Below, piece after piece: positions 35,184 through 48,649 of a DNA stretch of 64,000 bases. Position 1 is the first letter of the stretch, and each line of letters starts with the position of its first letter. A program made the translations under genes and the position numbers. Source of the stretch: Psilocybe cubensis (lineage: Eukaryota); assembly GCA_017499595.2 (NCBI GenBank), contig CM039002.1, positions 1,116,001 through 1,180,000 on the forward strand. The letters run 5' to 3'. Under the pieces are notes generated by a model. The model had not been told where the DNA came from. It saw only the letters and a program-made list of their open reading frames with translations, and ran no database searches.

Positions 35184-37462
35184 TTATCGAACATTCAAAC
35201 CACTCAATCCAAAATCGTTGCCAGCCCCGGTACCTGACTTGACAACGTCGTTGAAGGGATCACGAACACTCCCGGTCTTGCTACGCCATAGTTGCGTGTA
35301 GTACACCTTGATCTTTTGGAGCTCTGCGTCGACAGCTGCCGTTTTGCTGGCAAGAGCAAGGAACGTCGAGTGTTGAGCTTGGAGTGTCGCTGATATGCCT
35401 GGCAAACAAAAAAATGATTAACATATGACTCAACAACCGCAGAGGGAGGAGCAAGCCAATGCACGTCATGTTCACGGTTTTGACGGAGATAACAATGACG
35501 CGACATTTAGACTTGTGAAGTGAAAGGAGAAGAAAACGCCGCGACAATGGCAACGTACTTTGGGGCGTTTGGCTGGAACCTGATGCGGAAGCTAGCTTTC
35601 TTTCAATTTGCTGGTAGACCAAACACATATTTTTGAACACCATTTAGCATCAGAAGAATAAAAACAGGAACAACGAACTGATCGAACACACCTCAATGGT
35701 TGACTTATACCATGTTAGCCTCTCTTTCATCTGATCTGTCACACGCGTGAAATATCTAAGAAAAGAAAAAGACGTCAGTCATTCATGAGATAAGGATAGA
35801 ATAAGTGAGATGTCAAGTCAGCTTCCGGTGTTTATAAAACATGGGCTGTCAAACAACTCAAAAAACTTACTCGAGAGGGAACGAGGCATGGTCTTTCAAG
35901 TAAGTGTTACCGCTCTGCGGATTCTTGAATCCATCAATGATGTGGGTTGCAACAATCGTGTCTTCTACCGCTTGATCAACTTTAGCTTTGAGGTCTTTAC
36001 TAAGATGGAGATCGTTTCGAATGGTTGTAGCGGTGCTAATCAATTCCTAGAGGACAAAAAATAAATAAATAAAATGCGGAAGTGATTAAAAGAAAGCAGG
36101 CTCAACAACCAAGTAATTGGGAGGTAAAAATAAATTTTACTAACTTTTTTCAGATTCCGGATAGCGTCGTGACTTTTGGTTGGCTCGTCACCCAGCTTAC
36201 GCTGTTGGAGGTCTTTACATATTTGTACCCGGCCTTGTATATGCGTCCTTGAGAAAGTTAAAGTGATGGAGAATGGGTATCAGGGTAGGCAATGGGCTCG
36301 AAATATGATTCAATCATTAACACCTACTCGATTTGTTCCAGCTTTTGTTGGATGAAATCTGGAAGATCATTGAATTTGGTGGATTTTGTAAACGGTGGCA
36401 CTCCATTATTGGAATTGTTGGCGAGAGTTGCAACTTGGTTTTGGTTATTAAACCTTTAACGAAAAAAATAGGTGCAATAAAGAAATGGAAGACCTAAGTT
36501 TTGGTATCATAATAATAACAGAAGGAGCTATACACTACGTACCCAAAGCTGAATAAAGTGTCGGCACACGATTGGATCGGAAATCATTGGAATAGACGTG
36601 ACGCGAGATCTAGCAATTGTACTTACGTCGATTGTTGTGGTTGCTGTGATTTTGCACCAAAAAGCGACGACCCAGCACCCGTACCAAATCCACCAAACGC
36701 CCCACCCGTTCCAGTAGTCGTTGAAGGCGCACCGAATGCACTTGCAGGTAAAGTTCCTTGTGCGGCGAGGGGATTGGGAGTCGCGTTCTGTTGTTGTTGG
36801 TTCGCGGTGTTTCCGAAGAGACTTCCTCCAAACAGGTTCGATGTTTGTGGTTGGGTTTGTTGTTGCTGCTGCTGAGGTTGACCAAAAATATTCGTAGCGG
36901 GTTGAGCAGGTTGTTGTTGCTGCTGCTGTCCAAAGATATTGGTGGACGGCTGCTGCTGCTGAGTTTGTCCAAAAATGTTCGTAGCAGGCTGTTGTTGTTG
37001 TTGTTGTTGTTGAGCAGGTTGTCCAAATAAACCAGTCGCTCCCGTCGCTGGTTGCTGCTGCTGCTGTTGGGGCTGGCCAAATAGATTGGTAGTGGCAGCG
37101 GGTTGTTGTTGTTGGGGCTGGCCAAACAAATTTGTGGTTGCGGGCTGTTGCTGCTGCTGTGGCTGTTGTTGTCCGAACAATCCACCCGTCTGTTGATTCG
37201 GCGGCACGCTAAATAAACTGGCTGGTTGTTGTTGCTGTTGCTGGGGTTGAGTTGGTGGAGTGCCGAAAATGGATGTCGCAGGTTGTTGTTGTGGTTGTTG
37301 TGGTTGTCCAAAGATTGACCCAGTATTGGTGTTACTGGTCGTAGCGGGTTTCATGCCAAACGCCGAAGAGCTATGTAGTACCACAAAGAAAGCATAAAAG
37401 CATGTTCAATTACTGAAGGCACGAGAAGACTAATGAAAAACCTACTTGCTTAGAAACGCCAT
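35184..37462 (-). CDS. NUP49: FG-repeat central-channel nucleoporin, Nup49/Nup58-like
   Basis: Many (N/S/G)(L/I)FGQ repeats with poly-Q spacers, FTKSTKFNDLP, coiled coil, C-terminal QHSTFLALASKTAAVDAELQKIK..RDPF. Confidence 0.75.
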
Positions 37463-37883
37463 GAATACGGCAGGGAGAGCGGTAAAGATCAGTGCGAATT
37501 AGGCGAAAGCGATAGAGAGATCGCAAGTTCAAGCCGAACGATGTCGAGAAACAAGACTCGTCGACGCCGTGGACGCGATTGTGCACGTGGGCATCAATAT
37601 CGTGCGACTTTCTGCACGCGTCAGGTTTGTGCGAGGTGCGCCTGCAAGTCTTTGTTCTTCTTTGTTTCACTCTACGCAAAAAAATAATTTCCCCTGTCAC
37701 GGCTACAACCAGTTACAAATTGAGGCTCCTTGAGCATAGTTGTAACGCTTGATTCAGGCTGCTTTAGTTCGAAATCATCGAGGGTAGAACTCGCAATAAA
37801 TATTTACATGTTACTATATGATTAATTTCCGTGCTGTAGCCAAGTGCACATCATTTAGGTGCATAGTGAACGATTTTGGTGCA

Positions 37884-38560
37884 TTATATGTGTCGCGGGA
37901 TATCCACAAATCTCTGTTTGAATTTGGCTTGGAATAGAAAATAACTGATTGATTCCAATAAAAGTTCTTCGGTCACGGTGTTGTAGCAACATGCTGAATT
38001 ATTAGAGAAAACCTCCGTAACAGATGACGGTGCAGCAGGGTTGGACGTGTTGAATGTTAAACTTGTTGCTCCTTTGAAGTCCAATATGATGATTGACGAG
38101 TAATCATACAAAGTGTAAAATTGACGGGGTATAGTAAGCAGTTTCCCTCTGGTATGAGGAAATATAACCCTTTAAAATAACATCGTAGTAGACTCGCCAT
38201 GGATAATGAGGGTTAGCGTTCGCCTGTTCCCAATTGACTACGAACGTGTATCCTTCTGCCGACCCACTATAATTGACAGTAAAGGCGAGCTCTGGTCCAA
38301 GAAGGGAAAGCGAGGATACCCGATTGATCCTACTATTGTGTGGAAATGAAGCAAAGTACATACCTGCCAGCCCAGTGACGCCTTGAAGTTCATTCAGCAC
38401 TACATCGACCCGCCATAGTTTAACACCAGGCTTGAAACCCGTGAAGTTGGCAATCTGGAGAAGCGGGCCTGATAATGAATGGGTAATTAAGAATCCGAGA
38501 TAATTGGAAGATGCATATCATGATCTACAGCAATGATATGGCGATCCAACCATTCCGTCT
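37884..38560 (-). pseudogene. Fragment of a distant paralog of the array F-box family, lacking the F-box exons
   Basis: FASFPH..SLSLLGPELAF..VVNWEQANANPHYPWRV resembles IAWFPF..SLLGSNLA..IINWQQAHENPLHYPFRV; the frame is broken upstream. Confidence 0.6.
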
Positions 38561-39124
38561 GATTAGAGGGATTTCGTCTGGAAACTGAGCTAAATCAGCT
38601 TTTGACGATGATTACCGGTCGTTGAAGAATGAAACTTGAAACTTGAAATCGAGGTCAGATTCAGGAAGTTGATCATAGCAAAGCTTCAACAAGTTCATGA
38701 TTGCTTAGCATCGAGTACCCGGCAATTGCCATATGCACGACTGATCATCGACGTCAGAGCACGTGGATCTAATTTTAGACGTCGCGTCGTCGCGTTTTGG
38801 TCGCGTGTCTACAAGATGCTGATCAGTGCTGGATAGCTATCTTAGCCAAAAGATATAACAAATGAATGATTACATTGTGGGATTGCGACAATTGAAATTT
38901 CTGAACAGGGGTTCTTTTCTTTAACCACCTGAAATGTGTATTGCAGGCTACCTTTCATGATTCCAGCGCGGCTCTGCCTGTGAATCGATCTGAGGCTTCA
39001 ATCAGCGAAGACTCTCATATCTACGCCAGTCGAAAGTCCCATCGCGCAACTCGTCTGAGTCTGAGTTGTTTCCGCAGTTGTTGAGAATAAATTTGCAGTA
39101 TTAATACAACTAAACAGGAGGCGC

Positions 39125-40759
39125 CTAAATTTTCGCAAAATCTACAACAGCAAAGCTATTATAGAGTTTTGACGTGAGATACATAATCCTGCCCGTATCC
39201 TCGTCTGCCGCAATGTCCATATAGCCCCCAACGTACTTTAAGTCACATTTTCTACACCATGCCATATTCATCCTCTCTGGACCATCGTCGCACCCTGCAC
39301 TCACATTCAATGGTGGGTAACAAATAACTCTCACCAAGTGAGAACTGATAAGGAACGAGCGCCTGTAGCCGAAATAGACAACACTGAAAAGAGTGAAATC
39401 ATCCATTGGAGCATTTAGAGTATCCACCACGTCTTCAACCGCTACTGAAGAATGTGTGAATGTTATGGCGCGTATCGAGGATTGGCAATGCCTGACGATA
39501 GAGGCTTTTGTGTCATCAAAGAAGCATGCAGAAGAGAAGTACCCTATAAGCTCGTGATCCTCTGTCTCCCACACAGTTTGGAAAGAGGGCTGCTGGAACC
39601 CTGACGAACTGGAATATGTGGAGGGTGATGCGTAGTCGTAAATCATATAGTTATTGTGTGTCGCAACAAGAAGCTTTTTCCTTGGTAGAAGGAAAGGGGT
39701 TTCCTTGCCACCGAGTACAACAGGTCAATTTCCAGTTCCATCAAGGAAATTAATGAGATAAACCTTAACCCCAATTCAGAAAGCATTGCAGGAACACTCC
39801 AAACCTGGTTTTGCGTAGGATTCTTGCTAAATTCTTGCCAGTTGACTACATAAACATGCAGCCGGTGGGATGTACTATACCCAATGAATGCAAGATCTGT
39901 TCCGAGAAGGGAAAGGGATATAATCCGGGTGATCGCAAGATCGTGACCAAACCAAGCGATTTGCGTAGCTTTTAACCCAACGACATAGTTTTTATCGTCC
40001 AAGACTGCAGCGACTCGCCATACTTGAATCAGATATCTATCAGATAGTTGCCAGCTAGGAAAGGACAGAGCTACGGTGAGCCTAAGGAAAGGGGATTGTG
40101 TGTCGTGTTCTATGCTCGTGGAGATTTTCGTAGTGTTTGATATTTGATCTGGAATGAGTTTGATTCCAGTGATTATTTCGGAGTCAAGATCGAAATAAGT
40201 CATTGATGCGGTTTGGCTTATCATCAGAAACCAGCGACCACCTTTGACGAGGTGCGTCCATCTAGCGTCCACTGCGGTGAATCTACGTTCTCGAGCGGGC
40301 TCAAGTGTGCTTGATTCAAACGCACGATCTGCGCTTTTCCACCTGAGAAAAATGTTCTCCAGTTCCTGGGAAGAATACATGGATACGGGGCGCTCGAGAC
40401 AAGGCAGAAGAGAATTGGTCGACATGTATTCAATGACAAGGTGGCTCCAGATATTTCTGGACCTTGTCACTTCGGCAAGGTACTTACATGTCTATCGTTA
40501 TTTTTGAGTATGAGTAGTCGCGAGACTATTAATCAACATGGTCTACGTACCCTGCGAATATGTAGTATATCTGTCCACTCAACGAGTTTGAGGATTTCTG
40601 CAGTCAATTCCGTCGGTAGTGTTAATAGATAACGGTCTTTCTGATCGTTCGAGATTCATCAACATTCATTTCAAAAGGACTGTAAGATACAATGCATACC
40701 TGGGGAATATCATTTACAGAGTTGTGAGGCCGCTGAATAGTACTGGTGATTAAAGACAT
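39125..40759 (-). CDS. F-box protein, divergent paralog of the array family
   Basis: LLTLPTELTAEILKLVEWTDILHIRR|TCKYLAEVTRSRNIW..ERPVSMYSSQELENIFLRWKSAD..GGRWFL..ADEDTGR..VVDFAKI; intron positions similar to the array genes. Confidence 0.8.
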
Positions 40760-41788
40760 CGCTGGGGACCAAAGGCATGCGATGTCAGTGCAGCGAATCA
40801 AAGGATCAGTATCATCTCCACTTCTTTCTTCCACGTGAGCCGTGGCAACCATTCAGACGGATCAACGATTGAAGAGTCTAGACGGTCCAGCCGCCACCGC
40901 GTCGGTGTCATGGGCTGGGTGATGCGATGTAAAATCGTTCTGATTCATGACATGCTTGACTTGCCCAATGTTGTTCAGCGTATGCAGAGATAGAAAAGTG
41001 CCTCGGTATTCTCATGCCGTTCATCCTTTGGCCCTGTACCTCGTGATGGAAAGAAGGAATTCCGACACGGCTTTGTTTTCTGTGATGTCGGCGATAGGTA
41101 CTTTGGCGCTTGTCGGCGACAATGATCACTTTGACGCCAGGGCGAGGTACATGATCCATCCGAGATAGTCTAAAATTAGGTGGGAGTTGACAAGTGTATT
41201 GAGAAATACCGGTGAAGCGTGAACATGTTGAACTAGACGTGTTTGCGCAGGAGAAAGACGCGTTTAGAGGAGAGAATGGTGGTGGTTGGAGGCAAAGAGT
41301 CGGTTTGATGCCGTAAGTGAATTAATTTAGGGCGTGATGTTGCGGACCGACGCCGAGTGGGTTAGGGGTAGAGTATATAAAGGACGACGGCTCGCTCTCC
41401 ACCGGATCCCCTTGAACCACTACCACCCACACTACCCTGGTACCCTGGTGTTGAGGCACTCCCATTGTCGCTTATCTGATAGTGCCTCCGCGTTTCCTAA
41501 AACGTCATTCTACCGCCTCCAATTTCAAATACAGACTCGCTTTCGCGCCGGTTTTCCACATCTCTTGTCTACAGGTCTCACCAGCCAGCTATACCCGCCC
41601 AGCCGTAGTTAGCCTGTGGCGCTCATATATAGTGCGATCCCAACGCTTATTTCCCCAAGCATCTATATTAATAATGCCCGTAAATCCGAACAGACCACAA
41701 ACCCCACAAAACCCCTTTTCAACCAATCCCCAACCAACAGTTACTCTACCCCGCATCTCTACCAGTACCCACCTATACCTAGACCACC

Positions 41789-44690
41789 ATGGCACCAGCC
41801 CTCACCCACCCCCCAGGAGCCACCTTCCTCGATGACCACCACAGCCATTCCTCCAAGCCCATTGTCGACGCCGCGTCGTACTACAACAGCGCCGACGTCC
41901 ACTCTCGCTCCCGGACTTACAGCCACGTAAGGCGTTTTTCTCTGTCTCTGCTTTACTCTAGTCTGACTCTGGTCACCAGTCTCAGCTCCACGGTTACAAT
42001 CCTAAGAGGGTGCCCGCCTTTCAGGAGGACTGGCACTTGCGCCCTCGCCGCCTCTCGCATGACGAAAAGACCGTGTCTGGCCCGCCCCGCCGGTTCCTCA
42101 TCGACGTAGAAGAGACAATCCGTGTCGTCCTCGAGCAGGAAGATACCGATGGCGACTTCCAAATTAGCATAACCGACGCTGGTCCCAAGATGATGGCGCT
42201 AGGAACGGCGACGAGTAACGGATTCAAAACATTCGATATTAGGGTAAGGTATTAATATTTATTCGTACACTGGATGCTAATCTATTGATTGTATCATGGC
42301 AGGGCACGTACATGCTGTCCAATCTCCTTCAGGAGCTCGCCCTCGCCCGGGACCACAACAGGAAGCGCATTGTGCTCGACGAAGCGCGCCTGACCGAAAA
42401 CCCGGTAGACCGCTTATCAAGGATGATCAAGCACTCATTTTGGCACTCTCTCACCCGCCGTATCGACGGTGACGGTCTGGAAATTATCACAGCAGATCCC
42501 AAAAACCGTACTGGGCGTGTCAACCCGCGCATCTATGTTCCCCACGGGGAGCCGGCAATGGCGGAATACTACAGGAAGGTTGCGAAGGAGAAGCCGCACA
42601 TGAACCTTGACGTGCAGGTATTGCCTGAGAAGCCAGATGATCCGCTCTTTGTGAAAAGCTTGAACTCAAAGCCTGGCCTTTTGGCCCTCGCGATGAACGA
42701 GGTTGATGATGGTGCCGGTGGAAAGACATTGAAAGGTATTCCATTCATTGTTCCTGGTGCTCGTTTCAACGAAGTATGTCTATCGCTGCATATATTTGGA
42801 CTCATATGTCTAATTTTTCAATACAGTTGTACAACTGGGATTCCTACTTTATTGCACTTGGTCTTCTAGTCGACGGACAAGTCAGCATGGCAAAGGGCAT
42901 GGTGGAGCATTTCATCTTCGAGATTAAGCATTACGGCAAGATTCTTAACGGCAGCAGGAGTTACTACCTCTGTCGTACCCAGCCTCCCTTCCTGACTGAT
43001 ATGGCGCTCCAAATCTACAACCAACTCGACCGGTCTGACGTCGATGCCAACCGGGATTGGCTCAAGCGCGCCATTCAGGCCGCGATCAAGGAGTACCATA
43101 CCATCTGGGTAGCCGAACCGCGCATGGACCCCAAGACGGGGCTCTCGCGCTACCGTCCCGACGGCTTGGGTATCCCGCCCGAGACTGAGGCGACCCATTT
43201 CACACACATCCTCGAGCCGTACGCTGAGAAGCACGGCCTGTCTGTGCTCGAGTTCAGCGAGAAATACAATGACGGCGTGTTGAAAGAGCCTGAGCTTGAC
43301 GAGTACTTCTTGCACGACCGCGCCGTGCGCGAGTCTGGGCACGACACGACATACCGCTTCGAGAAGCGCTGTGCGAATCTCGGCACGATTGACCTGCAGT
43401 GCCTGCTGTACAAGTACGAGGTGGATATCGGGACCGCGATTCGCGAGGTGTTTGACGACGAGCTGGATTTGGAGGAAGATTTCCCCCTCGCGCCGTTCCC
43501 GCCATCCGTGGAGGCGTACGCGAACCCCAAGCGGGAGAGCTCGAAGAGCCGCGTCCAGAGGAGTGACGAGTGGTTCGAACGCGCCGAGTTTAGGCGGAAT
43601 ATGATCGACAAGTACCTGTGGAACGAGAGCAAGGGGTTGTATTTCGACTACGATACCGTCACGGAGAAACAGATTCTGTATGAGAGTGTTACAGCATTCT
43701 GGGCGCTTTGGGCAGGCTGTGCGAGCGAAGAGCAGTGCTGGAAGCTTGTGTATGCCTTTCTTGCCTTTGCTGTTCATGGAATTTGGGTTAATTGGCGTGT
43801 TTTTTTTTCATCTAGGTCACGTTCGTTGAAGAAATTTGAAGTTCTCGGTGGTCTCGTATCTGGAACTGAGGAGTCGCGAGGAAAGATCTCCCTCGATCGT
43901 CCCAATCGACAGTGGGACTACCCGTAAGTTCTCTATATCCACCATCCTCCCGTCGGTGTTAACATTGTTCTTGTGGCTTCTAGATTCGCATGGTACGGCT
44001 GAATAGTCATCTGATGCTTGCGGATGGACGTAACTCATTGGTTTATTGATCAAATTTTAGGCCACCGCATCAGATTATGACTTGGGTAGGACTCGAACGG
44101 TATGGATACCTTGAGGAAGCCCAGCGATTGGCCTACCGTTTCACTTATATGTTTGTAGTTCCTTTGATATGCCTTGTTGATCATGTTATTCATTGACTTG
44201 TGAATGATACAGGATGACGACTGCTTTCGTCGACTTCAACGGTGTCGTGCCCGAGAAGGTAGGTTGCCCAAAGTTTTTCCTGTCGTGTTGAATAATTTTC
44301 TGACATTGTTTATTTGGATAGTTCGACGCCGTCAAACTCTCACATTTGGTGGACGCCGAATACGGAAACCAAGGTATTGACTTCAAGATGGTCCCCCGTG
44401 AGGGCTTTGGCTGGATGAATTGTAAGTTCATTTCTCCCTACATTTATGTCCAAGTCCCGCTAACAACTACCCTTCCCCTCTTCCTTCCTTTCTTTTAATC
44501 AACAGCTGCATTCCAGGTAGGATTGTCCTTCCTGACCACGCACATGCGACGCGCAGTTGCAGCTTGCACGAGCCCAGAAGTCTTCTTTGGAGCCGGTGCT
44601 AGTGGCGTTAGTGGAGAATCTGCTCTGTTGACGAATAACCTCCCGCCATCGGATCCGTTGGGCATGGCGATGGAGAATTTGACCCTCTGA
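41789..44690 (+). CDS. NTH1: Neutral trehalase (GH37) with Ca-binding N-terminal region
   Basis: RRLSHD PKA-type site, [75 protein letters not shown]. Confidence 0.96.
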
Positions 44691-46193
44691 TCTTGATGTC
44701 ATGGATATATGCGCATCGTCAGGGCATATTCACCCCTGTATTTCTTTGGGGGTGAATGAATAAGTACATCTTAAGGCGGCTTTTTGGTGGGGGTAGAGGA
44801 GGGCACATTCGAGGTTCTACAATAATTGGCAAAAGGCAAGGCATCATTAATTCGTTACATATCCATTTTTATTTCTCGTTTTCATCTACCCTTTTCCCGA
44901 GAATTTTACTCGTGCCATTTTTTCGCTTGAAAGGTATATTGTATTCGTATTCATTTATTTTATAGATGGATAGAGTAGAAAACAGATTTTGATCTTTCTT
45001 AGAGGTAGTAGTTAGCAGCGTCTTTTCGTAATTTTTTTCGAGTAGATTTTACAGGTAGTCAAATTTGTAAATAGTTCAATTCATGATCAGTGGTGGCTCT
45101 TATCTTTCTACTTGGATTTTAGGTAGCCATTGAAAGTCTGAGGAACTTAAGGTTGACCCGGTATGGTAAGTGATGATCCATATATAGATGTAACGTCGAT
45201 AACCAGCGAATACTCATTAAAGGCTAAACGCTGTGGACTGCGTCGATTTTCACTTCCTGGAAAGAAATAAGAAACAAAAATTAAGGTTGGGAAACTGAGT
45301 TAGTACTGAGAAAGAACAGGCGGAGAATTGACTGTTCAGGCAGGTCAGTCTGGGCACTGGGCAGGAAGCTCTGGGTGACTGGGTCACATGCTTGGGTTAA
45401 CTTTAGGGCGGGCGAAATGAGGCCAAATTTGAATCGAGTGCGGTGAGATCTCCGCCATCTCTTTCTTACTGTCCAAGAACTGGTTGATTTGAGGCTTTTC
45501 TCTCGATCTTCAACTTGCTGAAAGTCTCCAAGCACGGTAGAAGAGAACACGAAGAGAAGAACGAAGGTGCAGTCATGAATTATCCTTTCAAAACAAGCAT
45601 TACGCTTCCACTTCGGCTCTTAAATAGATGTTGCTAAGTTTTGCCAGGCTGGTGCTTCCACCTTCAAGCAGATCTATATCACGGTCTTAGTAGGTGAATC
45701 TCGAACAGCTAATACATTTTCATACAGACGCGGAGATTTACATCCCTCGTCTTTGCATTCTTTAAGCTTGAAAGCCCAATGGCTTACAAACAAAACTGGG
45801 TCATGAGTTGACGGGCACCTGCCGCCGTAACTCGTTTCTGGGTCTTGTCACACTAGCAGCTTAGTCGATGTCCGAACGGTCTCGTATTTTCCACCTCTAG
45901 ACGGTGTAAGGACCGAAGGCTATGAATGTTTTGCTGTTCTGGATGCCCGTTTCCTCATCTCTGCCGTGTTACAGATCGATGTCTCCGGTGTTCTGCACGG
46001 CTCAGTGCTCTGGATAATGCCTATTATTGTCTCGTAAGGTCTTAAGTCTCCGGGACTCTGGTTATGATCCATACCGAGAGGCTACCTTTCGAAGCTTGCT
46101 TCTGTATAAAAGGCGACAAAGAACTGCTGCATCTGCATTCACTCAAACAAAGCCTCTTAAGAAGTCTTCAAGCATCATAACAAGCAACTCACC

Positions 46194-46622
46194 ATGAAAT
46201 TCTCCGCTATCTTCTCTTTCGCCCTCCTCCCTGCCATCTCCTATGCCTTGACCACGAGCTACGACACATCATACGACATTGCCAGCCAATCCCTGGCCAC
46301 CGTCGCCTGCTCGGATGGTCCACACGGCCTCATGACCAAAGGATTCACCACATTCGGCTCGCTGCCCCACTTCCCCAACATTGGAGGGGTCCCCGCCATC
46401 CAGGGATGGAATTCTCCTAGCTGCGGAACATGCTGGAAGTTGAGCTACACCGACGGCTCAGGCGTGACGAGGAGCGTCAACATTCTTGGAATTGACGTTG
46501 CTGTCAACAACTTTAACATCGGGCTCAACGCTATGAACACCTTGACTGGGGGACAAGCTCAGTTCCTTGGAAGGGTTCCTATCACTGCTACTCAGGTCGC
46601 TTCTTCGGTTTGCGGACTGTAA
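46194..46622 (+). CDS. Secreted cerato-platanin (SnodProt1-like) protein
   Basis: Signal peptide, SYDTSYD..SLATVACSDGPHGL, GWNSPSCGTCWKLSY, MNTLTGGQA, terminal CGL; four Cys; TATAAAA at ~46105. Confidence 0.95.
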   Translation: MKFSAIFSFALLPAISYALTTSYDTSYDIASQSLATVACSDGPHGLMTKGFTTFGSLPHFPNIGGVPAIQGWNSPSCGTCWKLSYTDGSGVTRSVNILGIDVAVNNFNIGLNAMNTLTGGQAQFLGRVPITATQVASSVCGL

Positions 46623-47203
46623 GTCCTTGCAATCACACGTACTATGCATGACGCTGTTTATTGACTTGTCCGTTTTTCCGATCGTAGGTAAACATCGGAC
46701 TTTTTCAGAACATTATCTTGTGTATCATTGACTTAGGACAATGTTGGGACATTTAACACGCTAATCGGATTATATTACGACTATGTTGCTCAGTTGAACC
46801 ACTATGTATCTAGTTTGTATGTAGTAACCAAACTGTGACGTTGGAATTGGCTTGATTTTCGGCGCTGAGACAGGTTTAACTCAGTAAAACAGGCAGCAAT
46901 ATCATGAAAGCTGCGTAAAACAACTTCTTGGGCGCTTTTAGTTTTACAGATTTTGGCCATGCATCGTGGTCTGTGCGCCTGTTCTTCAAAGCGTGGGAAT
47001 AGAACGTTCGCAAACAATGACAACCAAAGCAACTCTGAATAAAAACCTTGATTTCAAGTTTGGAAAAGAAAATCGTCGAAACGTACACTTAAATTCAACA
47101 TTCTGAACTTCTCTTAACTTTAATACTAACCTGAACGTCTTCCCATTAAACTATACCAAAAAAAAACCTACTCGAGACCGCCGATTTTGTCCACGAACAT
47201 ACT

Positions 47204-48241
47204 ATGTCAACTACTACTAGTTTGGGTCCGATGAAGGCGTCTGGTAGAATGGCGAAAGCAGAGTACATTGGAAAAGATGGATTTCATTCCAGAATGGTAG
47301 AAAAAAATGAGGATATTGCAACGGACAGATATAAGCTTGGAGATGTATTTGAAAAGCAGCGACGTTTTGAGGGTTTCCTTGAACATCAGAAAAGAGACGT
47401 GCCAGAGTGAGTTTTTATTACAACCCATATTTCATGACATTTATTTTTAATCTCATTGATTCAAGCTTTGAGACTATGGCGGATGAAGTTTCCAGGGAAG
47501 CAAACAGTGAATCATTTCAAAAAGAAATCGACGAATTGAAGGCCGCTCATGCTAAAGATCTTGAACATTTATACGACTTTAATGCGAACGAGTATAAAGA
47601 ATCGATTCGGATGCAATACATGGCTCAGGACTGTACTTGTCAAGACCCAGAAGCCTACGAAATAGAAAGAGCGGCTATAGCGGTGATATTCCGTAATCCC
47701 TTTTGCTATCTTACTTGGCTTACTTGGGTTCTAGGACCTTTTTGAGGCAGAACGACAAGGCCTCGTTAGTACCTGGGCAAATCGTCACGAGCAGCTTCGC
47801 CACGCCTACGTTACCGCGCTTCTTGATCTGCAAAACAATAAAATCAGTGCGGCACAGGACGAATACAGGAACAAGTTAACGCTTGAACGAGCGTTCCCCT
47901 TGTCCATAATAGACTTCCATACAAAGCCTGAAGATTTCAAGTACCGAATTGCAGTTTTCCTTACTTCGGACGAGACGAAAAAAACGGAGATAAAGAAGCA
48001 GCAGCAATGGAATGAAGAGGAAGTGAAGAATCTCTGCAACCTTTATAAAACTGATGTGAGAGATCACTGCAGTGGGCGTTCTGGAATCACATTCACTAAT
48101 AGAACCTCCCTCCTCTCTAAATATCAGAAAATGTTCGCGAGTGATATACAGGGCATACTTGTCAAACACAAGAATTCTATACTTTCTCCAAAAAAGAGCA
48201 CCATCAAGAGGAAGCGTCCTGCTGCAGCAGAGTTATGGTAG
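47204..48241 (+). CDS. Hypothetical helical, charged protein (about 4 exons) with a basic C-terminal KRKR
   Basis: ORFs 47204-47410, 47407-47745 and 47900-48241 can be joined through GT-AG introns. No family recognised. Confidence 0.6.
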
Positions 48242-48649
48242 ATTGGGGCATCTTTGGCGCTAGCGAGAAAATGCTAGGAAAGATTCATGCAGCAGATAGT
48301 GCCCGTTTCTCACAAGACATATTGCTAATGTAACATTGTGTCAATGGTCAACCTTTTGGAGGCTGAATTGAAAGTATTCAACTTGATTTGTTACGCTTTT
48401 GAGTCTGAGCAATAATGGTATTGGAATTCTTTCTTTAATCATGGTCATATACATACAGCCAAACCTTATACTTAGGATATAACAGTGTGTAACTCAAAAT
48501 ATCTCGTCATTTAGGCACTTGTTTGTCACTCCAGGATATCCAGCACCGAAGTGACTGCCTACAGGCAGGTATTTCCCTGTTATCCGTGGAGTAAAACATA
48601 CAGCTTCTCGATCTCGGTCCTCCTACTCTTTGTTAAGAGTTTTAACAAA

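Noticed and set aside
36630-37370. Dense CAG/CAA repeats resembling an array
   Set aside because: They are coding FG/poly-Q nucleoporin repeats, not CRISPR or satellite DNA.
42866-43777. 303-aa antisense ORF
   Set aside because: Shadow of the GC3-rich trehalase exon; no recognisable motifs.
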